64,000 nucleotides of DNA from the sequence record MN091626.1. The stretch is one strand, 5' to 3'. The position numbers and the translations under genes were made by a program. The notes below the pieces were generated by a model that had not been told where the DNA came from, did not search any database, and was given only the letters and a program-made list of their open reading frames with translations. Shown here one piece after another: positions 46,329 to 57,041 of this stretch (its first letter is position 1; each line of letters opens with the position of its first letter).

Positions 46329-46865
46329 TTAATTTGATTGATCTCCAGCAGATCCTCCACCTAAGATTTCAGGATTATAATTAGCATCAGCTATAACATC
46401 TGATTCTATTAATTCTTCGTCTTCAGTAGGAACTTGTTGTTCTAAATTTTCACTCTCAGGAATTTCTGGAACCTTTGACAAGTTTGTAGTTTCTTGGTTG
46501 TTCTCTTGCTCCAAAAAAGGCTTCACTGGAGGAAGAACCGTACCGTCATAGTCCATTGCTTGAAGAGATTTTTCATTATTTGTAGTAGGTCTACTTTTAA
46601 CTAAGTTACGTTCAGAGTCGGCTATTCCTTCAGTAGTACTATCTACAAAACGACCAACTAAACTAGATATAACACCTGCTAAAACTTGAACTATACTTAA
46701 AACATTAGTTTCAGTGTCACCAGAAACTTCTCCACCGAAAGCACGAATTAAGAAAATAACTACGTTGACTAATTGAATTAATAAAGCTGCCGTCCATGCT
46801 TTATTTTTAAATCTAACTAATACGTTAATGTGTTTATCTGCACCAATTTTTAAATTTTTTGCCAA
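46329..46865 (-). CDS. Holin (phiLC3-like) with long acidic C-terminal tail
   Basis: INVLVRFKNKAWTAALL resembles INWKVRLKNK.FW; two TMs; D.TT.G..DS motif. Confidence 0.75.
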   Translation of the reverse strand: MAKNLKIGADKHINVLVRFKNKAWTAALLIQLVNVVIFLIRAFGGEVSGDTETNVLSIVQVLAGVISSLVGRFVDSTTEGIADSERNLVKSRPTTNNEKSLQAMDYDGTVLPPVKPFLEQENNQETTNLSKVPEIPESENLEQQVPTEDEELIESDVIADANYNPEILGGGSAGDQSN

Positions 46866-46904
46866 TTTAATATTTCTCCTTTTTATTAAAATAAATATTT
46901 AAAA

Positions 46905-47465
46905 CTATCCTCCAAATATTCTTCTAAGTATATCTAAGATTACTGAAGGAGCTAGTATCAAAGACACTATATTGATAAATAAATTTCTTTTAAAAGTTTT
47001 ACTTTCCTTTTCATCACTATTAGAACCGTCTTCAATCTTTTTAAACTCAATTTCAAAGTCTTCTATATTAAGTTTACTATCTAAACCCAATCTTAAATCT
47101 TGTATATCGCTAGTTATCTTTCTTTCAACTTGTTCAACATTTTGATTTAATTCTTGTTTAACAGATTGTATTTGTGATTCTAATTCATAATGTCTTCTTT
47201 TTCTTTCTTCTTCTTCAATTTTTCTATTTTCTCTATCTTCTTTCATTTCTTTTCTAATTTCTTCAGTATTTTTACCCATGCTTTCAAGTAATACTTCTAC
47301 ACGTACTAAGGTGTTACTTGTTTTTTGACTCTCAGATTTAACTTCATCTATTTTCTTATCAAACTTCTCTTCAATTTCTTCTTTAAGTGAATTATTTGAC
47401 TTTAGTAATTCTAATTCAGTTATAGATTTACTATTTTCATACAATCTTCTTTTATCTTCTTCCAT
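46905..47465 (-). CDS. Coiled-coil protein with C-terminal TM (lysis-module associated)
   Basis: Heptad coiled coil then LFINIVSLILAPSVILDIL. Confidence 0.7.
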   Translation of the reverse strand: MEEDKRRLYENSKSITELELLKSNNSLKEEIEEKFDKKIDEVKSESQKTSNTLVRVEVLLESMGKNTEEIRKEMKEDRENRKIEEEERKRRHYELESQIQSVKQELNQNVEQVERKITSDIQDLRLGLDSKLNIEDFEIEFKKIEDGSNSDEKESKTFKRNLFINIVSLILAPSVILDILRRIFGG

Positions 47466-47946
47466 TTATAATAGATTCCATTCTCATTTCAAGAATTGTA
47501 AATACTGCAAAGAAGAGATTTAGGAAAGAGATGAAAATTTTTAATATTATGGTAGATTGCATACCAGCACTATCTAAAGATAAAATAGCGTATATTAAAA
47601 ATAGAGCGAAGTTAATAAATGCACCTATAGTCATTAAAGGTTTCGTCATGAAATTATCTAAGAATAGGGAAGCGGCTAAAGCCAATCCTCCAATAATTAA
47701 AAATACTCCATATGTTTTTAAATCCATAAAATGAGAAATAGCCACATAAATATCTGATGTTCTATAAGCTTCTCTTGTTCGAAAAACAAATTGAAAACCA
47801 TAGATTAAAGAATAAACAGCTAAGAAAATAGGAGTTATATAATATTTAAATTGCTTAAGAAAATAATATAATTTGATGACTAAACTATTTGCTTCTTCAA
47901 CACTTAGATTATCTTCTCTATCATTATTTTTATTATCGTCCGTCAT
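47452..47946 (-). CDS. 4-TM membrane protein (lysis-module associated)
   Basis: Four hydrophobic helices; overlaps next gene. Confidence 0.75.
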   Translation of the reverse strand: MTDDNKNNDREDNLSVEEANSLVIKLYYFLKQFKYYITPIFLAVYSLIYGFQFVFRTREAYRTSDIYVAISHFMDLKTYGVFLIIGGLALAASLFLDNFMTKPLMTIGAFINFALFLIYAILSLDSAGMQSTIILKIFISFLNLFFAVFTILEMRMESIINGRR

Positions 47947-48046
47947 AGTTATTTTTCACATCCTATTCTTTTATTATAAATCTTTATTATAAATCTTTGT
48001 TCTTTTAATAGACTTGATGCGTCCTATAAATTTTGGAGCAAAATAA

Positions 48047-48080
48047 AGTCCCTAACACTCAAATAAGAATGTTAGGGACT
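48047..48080 (-). terminator. Terminator hairpin after tail operon
   Basis: AGTCCCTAACA/TGTTAGGGACT. Confidence 0.65.
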
Positions 48081-48173
48081 GTTTGAAGACTTTGCCAAAA
48101 TTAAAAGAAAAAAGAATAAAGATAGACAAGAACAAAGAAATTGTATGAAAGATATTTATGTAAATAACTTTCA

Positions 48174-48185
48174 TATAAATATGTT
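48174..48185 (-). promoter_or_regulatory. AR9-type late promoter candidate for lysis genes
   Basis: AACA-TATTTA-TA, 228 nt upstream of 47946. Confidence 0.35.
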
Positions 48186-48218
48186 CTATTTTCTTTATTC
48201 AATTGACGTTGATAAGAA

Positions 48219-48584
48219 TTACTGACTAGGTAAAGATCCGCCTTGAGCAGTTGAAGGATTTTCAGGATCTTCTTCTTGAGGTTCTACTTCTGTAGCTCGA
48301 CCAATACCTTGGACTTCAGAATCTTCCACAGCTTCATCAACCATATGTTCTTCTTCAATAGGATCGATTTCTTCAACCACTTCGTCATCATTATCAATGA
48401 TACTTGAAGTAGTATACTGAGGACTTTCTTGTTCTTCAGTTGTATTGTCGTTTAATTCATCTAAGATTTCTCCGACTAATAATCTTAAATTATTACCTTC
48501 GGAAACTTCTTCTAATTCTATTACACCTTTAGCAACTAAAGTTGCATGAAAAGTTACAATAAAAGATTTTTTATCAATTTTCAT
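48219..48584 (-). CDS. Hypothetical protein with acidic disordered C-terminus
   Basis: GGAGG SD. Confidence 0.75.
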   Translation of the reverse strand: MKIDKKSFIVTFHATLVAKGVIELEEVSEGNNLRLLVGEILDELNDNTTEEQESPQYTTSSIIDNDDEVVEEIDPIEEEHMVDEAVEDSEVQGIGRATEVEPQEEDPENPSTAQGGSLPSQ

Positions 48585-48599
48585 AATTTAAATTTCCTC

Positions 48600-48953
48600 C
48601 TATTTTTTATTAGCCAATAAAGCAGCTAATCTCTCTTGAAGCTCACGAATTTCTTTTTCTTCAGGAGTTTCTACTGGTTCTTCTTTCTTATTGAAAGTTT
48701 GACCAGGTTTTTCGGCTAATCTAGGTGTAGCATTTTCATATTCGATTTTTAATTTTTCCATCTGTTCACGAATATTATGGTCTACAATAAATATTAAAGT
48801 TTCTTGAGTTGAATCGTTCATATTACCTATAGAATAACCTGAAAAGTTTCCTTCTTCATCTATATCTTGCATATTGATAATCAACCAAAATAATCCGTCA
48901 ATTCTTCTTCCTCTATCATCATACATACTTTTATATGTTTCTACAAGTGCCAT
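48600..48953 (-). CDS. Putative tail-fibre assembly/chaperone protein
   Basis: Directly after the fibre gene; C-terminal EEKEIRELQERLAAL helix; context-based call. Confidence 0.45.
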   Translation of the reverse strand: MALVETYKSMYDDRGRRIDGLFWLIINMQDIDEEGNFSGYSIGNMNDSTQETLIFIVDHNIREQMEKLKIEYENATPRLAEKPGQTFNKKEEPVETPEEKEIRELQERLAALLANKK

Positions 48954-48992
48954 TATAAATCCTCCTATAAATTATATTTGATAATTCATAGT

Positions 48993-51900
48993 TTATTTTT
49001 CTATTACGTAATCGCCACCTTCAAAATCACTTAAAGACATACGAAGTATTTGAAGCTGGCCATAGTTAAACCCTCCAGAAGTTCCTGTTATTGCTAGCTG
49101 TATTACAAATGTTTTACTATAATTATCAGGTTTCCCTAAATCTATGGTAGCTATCTGTATTTTTAGAGGTTCTCCACCTTTAACTGCTATCTCTTTAAAC
49201 ATAGGAATTGATGAGTTAGTCTTCCAACCTTCTTTTTCTGCAAAAGTTATATAAAGATTATTACCTTCTGTGGCTCTTCCCAGGTAAACAAATTTTAAAT
49301 AACGTTTATTATGATGATAACTAAATAGATTAAGTGTAGCCTTGTCTTTTCCATTTGACTCTGCTAATTGAGCATTATCATAACCGTACTTATATACATC
49401 TCTTTTTATCATATATGCTCCTGCCCATGTATCAGTTTCAACTATTTCCATATGATTTTTAACATCTGAAGAACCTGTAACATGATTCCATGTTTTAAGT
49501 CCAGGCAAAGTAGGTACAATATTTGTTTCAGATTTAAATAGACCATCAACCATTTGATCTACACCATTTTTTCTAATGTTCAAACCAGTAGAATTTATTT
49601 CAACATAATTATCGTTATCTAAAGCAGTTTTTGATATTCTTAACCTATCTCCAGTAAAATTTAAGTTACCTTTACTATTATATATAGTCATCTTATCAGT
49701 ATTAAAATCAATGCTTCTTGATATCATTTTAATTGATTCTGGATTCATAGTTATTTTACTTGATAAAGAACTAGTACTATACTTATCTAATGCCGAAGGT
49801 GTCCATGGTTTTAATTGGTTTCCTTTTTCTAATTTTGGAAGAGCATAGTAAAATACAGTTCCATCATTATATACATCAGGTTTATCATAGTTATTGTAAC
49901 GTAATAAAAATCTTAGATAATTAGTTTGACCATTAGCGGAACTTCTAGGTATTTTAGCTGTAAAGCTATACCTAGTCCATTTATCAAACACAAAATCGCT
50001 TGCTGGTATTTCAACTACACCAAATTTAGGATTAGTAGTTTGTTGTATATTTTCATATGTTGCTACTTCAAAATATATTTTATAAGTAAGAGACTTTCTA
50101 GCAGTTGAAGGAATGTATATATAAACAGAACCTGTTACTTCATCTCCAATACTAAATTGCCCTTCTTGTCCCACTGGTAAATAACTTGAAATTACTGCAG
50201 GCCAAGTTGTTCCGAATGTATTCTGTTTGTATTTAAATACATTTCTTACTTCATTGATGTTGTATGACATATCACTGTCGTTAGAGACATCTTTAGATTC
50301 CTTGACAACTATATTTTCAAAAGAAACAGTTATATCAGAGTTATCAGTGGACCCTGCTTTTGCAGCATAAAATAATAATTGATTTATTTTATCCTCATTA
50401 GGAGTGGTAATCTCTATTATATTTCTTTTATTTGCACTGACAGGATAGTCTAATCTATTAACCGAATTAATTTCAGGAAGTGTATCTGCATCGGTTGAGT
50501 ACCCTGAACCTTTATAAGGATATCTATATGGATATAATGAAATTAATCCATCGCTATTCTTCCCAGATTGTATATTATAATCAAATGCAACTTTATATTT
50601 AGTATTCTTTTTTAGATAACCATTTAACGGAAGAGTCATTCTTTTATAAGGTCCTCTAGATACGTTGTTTACACGATAAACTGATCCTAAAGCTAAGTTA
50701 TCATCTGTATTAATTGTCATGTCTTCTTCAGAAGATATTGAGAATCTAGGGTTTTTAGGATAAGTTCCCTCATCAAGTCTTATATTTCTAAAGTAAAACT
50801 TACCATCTGAGTAAGGAGAAACGGAAGCTATGATCAATCTTATTTGTTTCATATCACTTAAATCTGAGCTAGTTAAAGTAAAATTAGTTTGGAAAGTGGT
50901 CCAATCATCATTAATATCATTCTCAGCAGATATTGTATAACTTAATGGGTTAACTGTACTTGAACTATTTTTATTTACACGAAGACTTACAGTAATAGAA
51001 CCTTTAGTGGTTTCTACTGTTTTTCTAACATCAAAACTAAAATTATAAGTACCGGGCTTAATTTTAGCTAATTTTGAGCTTCCATCTGCCCCATTATAAT
51101 CAATATTGGATGTCTGCCATTGCTTCCAACCTTCACTAGCATCTGAAATTATAGATAAATAATCTCTATAATTTGTAGTAGTGTCCGTTGGATTTTTTTC
51201 AGTAGATCCACTAAAAGTATAAGCCCAATAAGGTGAATCAATCTTATCTGCGAAATTTAAATTCTCTGATGTTTGATCATCATTAGTTGTCCATCCTTCC
51301 CATCCATTCCTAAGATCAGAGTTAATAAGTGAGTTATCTGCATTAAGATATTTACTTATTTTATTAACAGATAGTTCAATAGAATCTGCTTTTTGATCTA
51401 TTTTAGAAGAAACAGTAGATATTGAAGTCTCAATATCTTCAGGTGCTGGAGACCAATCAGTAGATTTATTACCTTTTTCTACTTTGATCCACTCTATACT
51501 TGATAAATAATTTCCATCTTTAGGCATATCGTATACTGTTAATAATCTTTTTAAATTTCTGGAAGATTCTTTTGCTGTTCCAGTTCCTATCCAAAGATCT
51601 TTTTTAGCATCATATGTTAAAGTACATAGATTTGTATAACCATCATCGGTATAAGCACTGAAATAATGATCTTTATTATTTACATTACCTTTTATTGTAA
51701 CTGTATAAGTTTCTCCAATCACCCAATCCAATGACATATCATATGGTTTTCCATATAATGTATGATTGGTGTATTTATTATTTTTACTATCTAGAACTAA
51801 ATTTCTTCCACCGATTCTAATATTATCAATTTGTGAATTAACATCTTCAGGAGCAGGTGTCCAATCAGTAGCTTTATTACCTTTTTCTATTTTAATATTT

Positions 51901-54900
51901 TCAATAGAGAATTTATCTCCATTATTATTATTGTAAGCATATATAGCCCATCTAGAATTAGTTCCAGAAGTCTTAGTTATTTTAGAAGTATATTTATATC
52001 TAAATTTTTTATTACCAACATTAGTTATTGTATCACTACCAATAGACATTCCTGGATCTACTACACTATCATATATTCTAAAAACATCTCCACGTTCCAT
52101 TTGTAAATCAAATGATATAGAAATTTCATCTCCGACTTTCACTTTATTCATTAACTCATCAATATAAATTCTCCATAAATATTGATAAGTACCGTTTGAA
52201 TTATCTTCAAAACCTTTATTCCAAGATAAACTGTTTTCTAATAAGTTTCTAGCACCTATTTGAATATTATTAATATTTTCATTAACTCTATTTTCTACTG
52301 CAGTAACTTGTGATGTAATTTGATTTGGTAATTGTTGGATGCTAGAAGTATTAGCAGAAATTTTACCATCCATCTCATCTTGTTTACTAACAATACTAGT
52401 GATCTTATCAGTTTCTACTTTTAATTCACTATACTGATTTGTAGTTTTAGTATCTAATGTCGTAATAGAAGAAGCGTTAAGTGTAATATCTTTCTCAGTC
52501 TGAGTTATACGAGTTTCATTTTTAGCAAATCTGCTTCTATAATCTTCTGGTGATACGTCCCAAGAAGAAGCCACATTACCTTCTTCTAATTGAATATGAC
52601 CTACGTAAGTGTCTTTAGTTGTATTATTTGCAGTGAACTGAATTTTAAGGAAATTATTTGTTTTAGAATTGAATCTTAACTCATATCTAGTAGGAGTTGT
52701 TGTCAGTGTCTTAGCAGATTCAGTCATAGTAATAAGATAATCTTTAGGTGAAACTTCAGTAGTTAAACTTGAAGCTTTTGTAATAGGTGTTTTAATTACT
52801 GGTGAAGCGGCAGCTGAATAAGCATCATAACTTAACACATAATTTGTATTAGGTTTAACTGCAACTATTTGAGACACTTCAGCTAAATTCGTTTTAGTAT
52901 TAGCATAAGTTATACCATTATTGACTTTTTTAGTAATGCTAGCTAAGAAAGGTAAATCAAATTTTTCAGTTCCAGCAAGCATATTCTTAGTTCCAATTTT
53001 AACTTTACCTGAAATAGCTTCAGTACTCGTTTCAGAAGTAACTCTTTGATCAATTCTACCAATTTCAGCTGTAATATTAGTATTTAAATTTGATACAGTT
53101 TCATTAACACTAGTTTTAGTAGCATAATCTTTAGAGATATCTTGTCTAATAGAATCAGCTGTAGTAGTAATACTAGCCTGTAAAGTTTGTTTAGTGTCAT
53201 TAATAGCAGACTGTCTATCTGTAACTTCTTGAGTTATTTTATCATTAGCAACTTTTAATTCACCAGTTAGATTACTGATATTACCTTCATTTTTAGTAAC
53301 TTTATCAGCAGTAATAGTATAGCTATCATTAAGTTGAGTTACTTTAGTTGATAAATTAGAATAGTTTTCATCGCTTCTATCTATTCTAGAAACTAATGAT
53401 GTGATATTATCAGTAGCTACTTTTAGACTACCTTCTAGATTAGTAACATTTTCTTGAGTTACTTTTTGTTCTTCAGAAATAGCTTTAATTTCTCCAGCAA
53501 CTGTTTCTAATCTAGATGATATATCTCTAACAACTTTATCATCTAAATCTTCTATCTTCTTAGAAACCTCTTGACGAATCATATCTACTGTTTGACTGAC
53601 TTCAGAGAAACCTTCAACTATCTGTTTACGATAATCATCCATTTCTTTTTTAGTCATCATAGTAGCTACTAATTCGTTAGTATCAATTACAGTTTTCTTA
53701 ACAGATTCTAGTCCAGTAACATCATACATTTCTAAATTAGTAACCCAGAATTTAGGCTCATCTGATCCATCTTCAAATTCAGTAACATCTGAATCTTCAG
53801 ATTGGTTTACTTTAAAGTATAATGTCATATAGAAAGCACCGTATAAGAAACCATTAGTACCTCTAATATTTTCTTTAGTAATTAAACCTTGACGGTGATA
53901 CCAACCATTAAATTCTTCAGGATCGTCATCTTCTTCTGTATTAGGAATATCTTCATCTTTAATTAAAGACCATTCAACATTACTATCAGTGAATGTTCCT
54001 GAAACTTTAGTTCCAGCAGGAAAACCTCCGTCTTCAGAATCATAATTAATTAAATCAAAAGGTCTATTTAAATAGATACAATTATTTTCTCTATCAATAG
54101 CTCCAAAATCCCAACCGTTCATGAATACATTTCTAGAATAAGTTGATTCTCCATAATTATAACCATCATTACTCTTGAAATTCCAAATAACTAATGAATG
54201 ATTATCATTATAATCCACTAAATTAGGATTAATATTTCTATTAACTATTCCTGCATTAGATACATTATAATTATTAGTCATATTCTTAATAGCTTCTTCT
54301 TCATCTACTGGAGTTGAATTAGTTTCAACTGGTTCGTCAGATTCAGTCATAGGAATATCAGGTTCTGTAGTTTTATCTTCTTCAGGAGTATCATCTGCAT
54401 ATATTACTCTATCTTCTTCTTCATCAGGCAATGCATTAGGATCATCTATAGAAAGAATATCATCTGCATCATTAGGTAATATAACCGATCCATCTCTATC
54501 ATAATCATAAACAGGAGTATCATCTTCTTCATCTAACGGTGCAGATTGGAATCTGTAAGTATCATCAAGGCCATCAAGGCTATTGAAATAAATAACTTTA
54601 TCTCCTTGTCTTAATTCTTGAGCTAATTCAATTACAGGTTTTTCACTACCCATTACATGTTGAGATTCTATTAACTGTCCGTCTTTATCATAACTTAAAT
54701 GACCTATAGAAGAAGGAAGAGAATTATTATTCTTCATAAACATAGAAAGTTTATATGTCTTCTCTGGATTAATAGGTATTAATCTTTCAGAAGAAATAGT
54801 AGAGTTAAATCCTTCCATTCTAAATGAAGCTGCTGATTGGAAGGCATCTGAATTATCGTAATACATTCCAGGGAAGTTTGATTCATCTCCTTGATCTGCA

Positions 54901-56987
54901 TTACCATTAAAAATTAAGTTATCTCCACGAGAATCCATGTAGTAATTAAATTCTTGTTGTGATACTTCTAATTCTTGACCTAAATCTTCTCTAACACTAT
55001 TAGCTTCAGCCATAGCTTTATCTATATCTTTAGATTTTTGATCTAACTCTTCTTGTTGTTTTTCTAACTCTGTTTTAGTATTCTCTAAATTAACTTTGGA
55101 TTCAGCAATTTCATCTTTAGTTTTTTGAATCTGTTCTTGAATAAGGTCAAACATATCTTGTTTATCTATAGTGCCATCTATTAAACCAGATTCAGAATTA
55201 AGCGGTAAACCTAATACACTTGATAGATTTTCTTTTAATTGAGTTAAGTTTTCTTTTAAACCTCTATCGGAATCATTAAGGTCACTTTCAATTCTATTAA
55301 CTTTCACTCTCATTAATTCTAAAGAAGTTTTTACTTCATTGATATCTTCATTTACATTGATATTCCCTGTTAATTTTTGAGTTTTACTATCATAAGATAA
55401 ACCTAAAACTCTTCCAATTTCAGAAAATACAGTATCTTTAATACCATGAGAATATTCATTTTGAAGTTTATTCATTTCTAAGTTAATAGCTTCATTAGAT
55501 AATTCAATAATACTTTTAGTGCTATTAACTACAGAATAAAATCCTACAAATGATTTATTAATATCTTTCATTAATGATTCATTCTGATCAGCTCTATTAA
55601 GTTTATTGACTTCAGATTTTATTTTATCAAAGTCATTATTAATTTCTTTAATTTTATCTCTAACCTGAATTTTAATTGCATCTTCTTTAAGATAAGCTGA
55701 ATCAAATATAGATTTTAATTGGTTAACAACTTGATCTTTTTGAGATTTAATTAAATTAAAATCAGAAATAATAGCATCAAAGTTAAGTTCTTTATTTGAT
55801 TGTAATACACTTGATCCATCTGTACCACTATTGTTATTATTGCTAATATCATTAATATAATTTTTAAATGATTCTAATTGTTTATTAACTAAAGATTCAA
55901 CTAATTTAACATCATTACTTTTAGAAGTTGTACTGTCTTTAATAAAGATATTATCATTAGCATATTTAGTATAATTCTCTAACATTTCAGGTTTATAAAC
56001 TTCATTAGAATCTTTATACTTAGCAAAGAAGTTAAATTTCTCTATATTGTAATCGAATAAACTTCTCTCTAATTTATATATTTGAAAACCTGCTGTTAAC
56101 TCAGGTTTAATATTTTTATAATTGATGAATATTTGACTTGATATAAATTTATTATAATGACAGTTAGTCCAGTTTCTTAGCACTAAACCAGTCATTTTTA
56201 AATCTATAGCATTCAAAGAACTGTCATTAAGGTATTTAGAAGCAATTTCTTCCATTTCATCTCTAGTTTTTCCTTTAACTTCCATAGTGTCAAATATATA
56301 ATTTTCATCTTTAATAAATCTAGCTTGATTTAATGAGTCTTTAACAGTAATAGATTCATTATTGTCATTATACATGATTAAGCCGGTTTTAATATTTGAT
56401 TTATCTACATTAAATTCAAAACCAGGAATTCTACCAGAAACTTCTTTAGGATTAGATTTTCTTAAATCTTTACCTTTATTAATTATTAAAGTTCTTTCAT
56501 TTGTATTAATATCATACTTATGTCTAATAGATAAATCTTTTTCAAATAAAATATCTAATAATTTTTCAAATACAGATTTATTATTTTTAGATAAAGTAAT
56601 TTCTTCATCAACAACCAAATCATTATATTCAATATTATATCCTGTATTCAATAATAGAGTACTTAATACTGATTTTAATTGCCCTTTTAATTCTTCATTA
56701 GAATTCATAAAGACATTATTTAAATCTTTTACATAAGCAGGAATTAATGAAGATTTTAAACCATTTTCTTCAATACAAACAAATTCAGAATCATTCTTAC
56801 TTTCATCTTTAATAATTATATGTGTATTTTCTGAAATATAGTTTTTACTTTTGAATTCAATATTAATGATTTCAGTTTTCTTACTAAAATCATATACTAA
56901 TTTCTCACTAGAAATTACATTTTCAAAAGTTTCTGCAACTAATTTACCTTCAATTCTTTTACGTTCTTTATCTAGAATACTAATCAA
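48993..56987 (-). CDS. Giant tail-tip/receptor-binding protein (2664 aa)
   Basis: N-terminal prophage-tail-hub-like region, long coiled coils (SKIDQKADSIELSV type), several CBM-like modules bounded by IGxRNLL/KxEKGNKATDWxPAPED. Confidence 0.8.
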   Translation of the reverse strand: MISILDKERKRIEGKLVAETFENVISSEKLVYDFSKKTEIINIEFKSKNYISENTHIIIKDESKNDSEFVCIEENGLKSSLIPAYVKDLNNVFMNSNEELKGQLKSVLSTLLLNTGYNIEYNDLVVDEEITLSKNNKSVFEKLLDILFEKDLSIRHKYDINTNERTLIINKGKDLRKSNPKEVSGRIPGFEFNVDKSNIKTGLIMYNDNNESITVKDSLNQARFIKDENYIFDTMEVKGKTRDEMEEIASKYLNDSSLNAIDLKMTGLVLRNWTNCHYNKFISSQIFINYKNIKPELTAGFQIYKLERSLFDYNIEKFNFFAKYKDSNEVYKPEMLENYTKYANDNIFIKDSTTSKSNDVKLVESLVNKQLESFKNYINDISNNNNSGTDGSSVLQSNKELNFDAIISDFNLIKSQKDQVVNQLKSIFDSAYLKEDAIKIQVRDKIKEINNDFDKIKSEVNKLNRADQNESLMKDINKSFVGFYSVVNSTKSIIELSNEAINLEMNKLQNEYSHGIKDTVFSEIGRVLGLSYDSKTQKLTGNINVNEDINEVKTSLELMRVKVNRIESDLNDSDRGLKENLTQLKENLSSVLGLPLNSESGLIDGTIDKQDMFDLIQEQIQKTKDEIAESKVNLENTKTELEKQQEELDQKSKDIDKAMAEANSVREDLGQELEVSQQEFNYYMDSRGDNLIFNGNADQGDESNFPGMYYDNSDAFQSAASFRMEGFNSTISSERLIPINPEKTYKLSMFMKNNNSLPSSIGHLSYDKDGQLIESQHVMGSEKPVIELAQELRQGDKVIYFNSLDGLDDTYRFQSAPLDEEDDTPVYDYDRDGSVILPNDADDILSIDDPNALPDEEEDRVIYADDTPEEDKTTEPDIPMTESDEPVETNSTPVDEEEAIKNMTNNYNVSNAGIVNRNINPNLVDYNDNHSLVIWNFKSNDGYNYGESTYSRNVFMNGWDFGAIDRENNCIYLNRPFDLINYDSEDGGFPAGTKVSGTFTDSNVEWSLIKDEDIPNTEEDDDPEEFNGWYHRQGLITKENIRGTNGFLYGAFYMTLYFKVNQSEDSDVTEFEDGSDEPKFWVTNLEMYDVTGLESVKKTVIDTNELVATMMTKKEMDDYRKQIVEGFSEVSQTVDMIRQEVSKKIEDLDDKVVRDISSRLETVAGEIKAISEEQKVTQENVTNLEGSLKVATDNITSLVSRIDRSDENYSNLSTKVTQLNDSYTITADKVTKNEGNISNLTGELKVANDKITQEVTDRQSAINDTKQTLQASITTTADSIRQDISKDYATKTSVNETVSNLNTNITAEIGRIDQRVTSETSTEAISGKVKIGTKNMLAGTEKFDLPFLASITKKVNNGITYANTKTNLAEVSQIVAVKPNTNYVLSYDAYSAAASPVIKTPITKASSLTTEVSPKDYLITMTESAKTLTTTPTRYELRFNSKTNNFLKIQFTANNTTKDTYVGHIQLEEGNVASSWDVSPEDYRSRFAKNETRITQTEKDITLNASSITTLDTKTTNQYSELKVETDKITSIVSKQDEMDGKISANTSSIQQLPNQITSQVTAVENRVNENINNIQIGARNLLENSLSWNKGFEDNSNGTYQYLWRIYIDELMNKVKVGDEISISFDLQMERGDVFRIYDSVVDPGMSIGSDTITNVGNKKFRYKYTSKITKTSGTNSRWAIYAYNNNNGDKFSIENIKIEKGNKATDWTPAPEDVNSQIDNIRIGGRNLVLDSKNNKYTNHTLYGKPYDMSLDWVIGETYTVTIKGNVNNKDHYFSAYTDDGYTNLCTLTYDAKKDLWIGTGTAKESSRNLKRLLTVYDMPKDGNYLSSIEWIKVEKGNKSTDWSPAPEDIETSISTVSSKIDQKADSIELSVNKISKYLNADNSLINSDLRNGWEGWTTNDDQTSENLNFADKIDSPYWAYTFSGSTEKNPTDTTTNYRDYLSIISDASEGWKQWQTSNIDYNGADGSSKLAKIKPGTYNFSFDVRKTVETTKGSITVSLRVNKNSSSTVNPLSYTISAENDINDDWTTFQTNFTLTSSDLSDMKQIRLIIASVSPYSDGKFYFRNIRLDEGTYPKNPRFSISSEEDMTINTDDNLALGSVYRVNNVSRGPYKRMTLPLNGYLKKNTKYKVAFDYNIQSGKNSDGLISLYPYRYPYKGSGYSTDADTLPEINSVNRLDYPVSANKRNIIEITTPNEDKINQLLFYAAKAGSTDNSDITVSFENIVVKESKDVSNDSDMSYNINEVRNVFKYKQNTFGTTWPAVISSYLPVGQEGQFSIGDEVTGSVYIYIPSTARKSLTYKIYFEVATYENIQQTTNPKFGVVEIPASDFVFDKWTRYSFTAKIPRSSANGQTNYLRFLLRYNNYDKPDVYNDGTVFYYALPKLEKGNQLKPWTPSALDKYSTSSLSSKITMNPESIKMISRSIDFNTDKMTIYNSKGNLNFTGDRLRISKTALDNDNYVEINSTGLNIRKNGVDQMVDGLFKSETNIVPTLPGLKTWNHVTGSSDVKNHMEIVETDTWAGAYMIKRDVYKYGYDNAQLAESNGKDKATLNLFSYHHNKRYLKFVYLGRATEGNNLYITFAEKEGWKTNSSIPMFKEIAVKGGEPLKIQIATIDLGKPDNYSKTFVIQLAITGTSGGFNYGQLQILRMSLSDFEGGDYVIEK

Positions 56988-57017
56988 ATTTAATTCACCA
57001 TCCTTTCATTTAATTGA

Positions 57018-57029
57018 TATTAATGTGTT
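57018..57029 (-). promoter_or_regulatory. AR9-type late promoter
   Basis: AACA-CATTAA-TA, 31 nt upstream of the 2664-aa gene. Confidence 0.55.
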
Positions 57030-57041
57030 CCATGTCAATAA

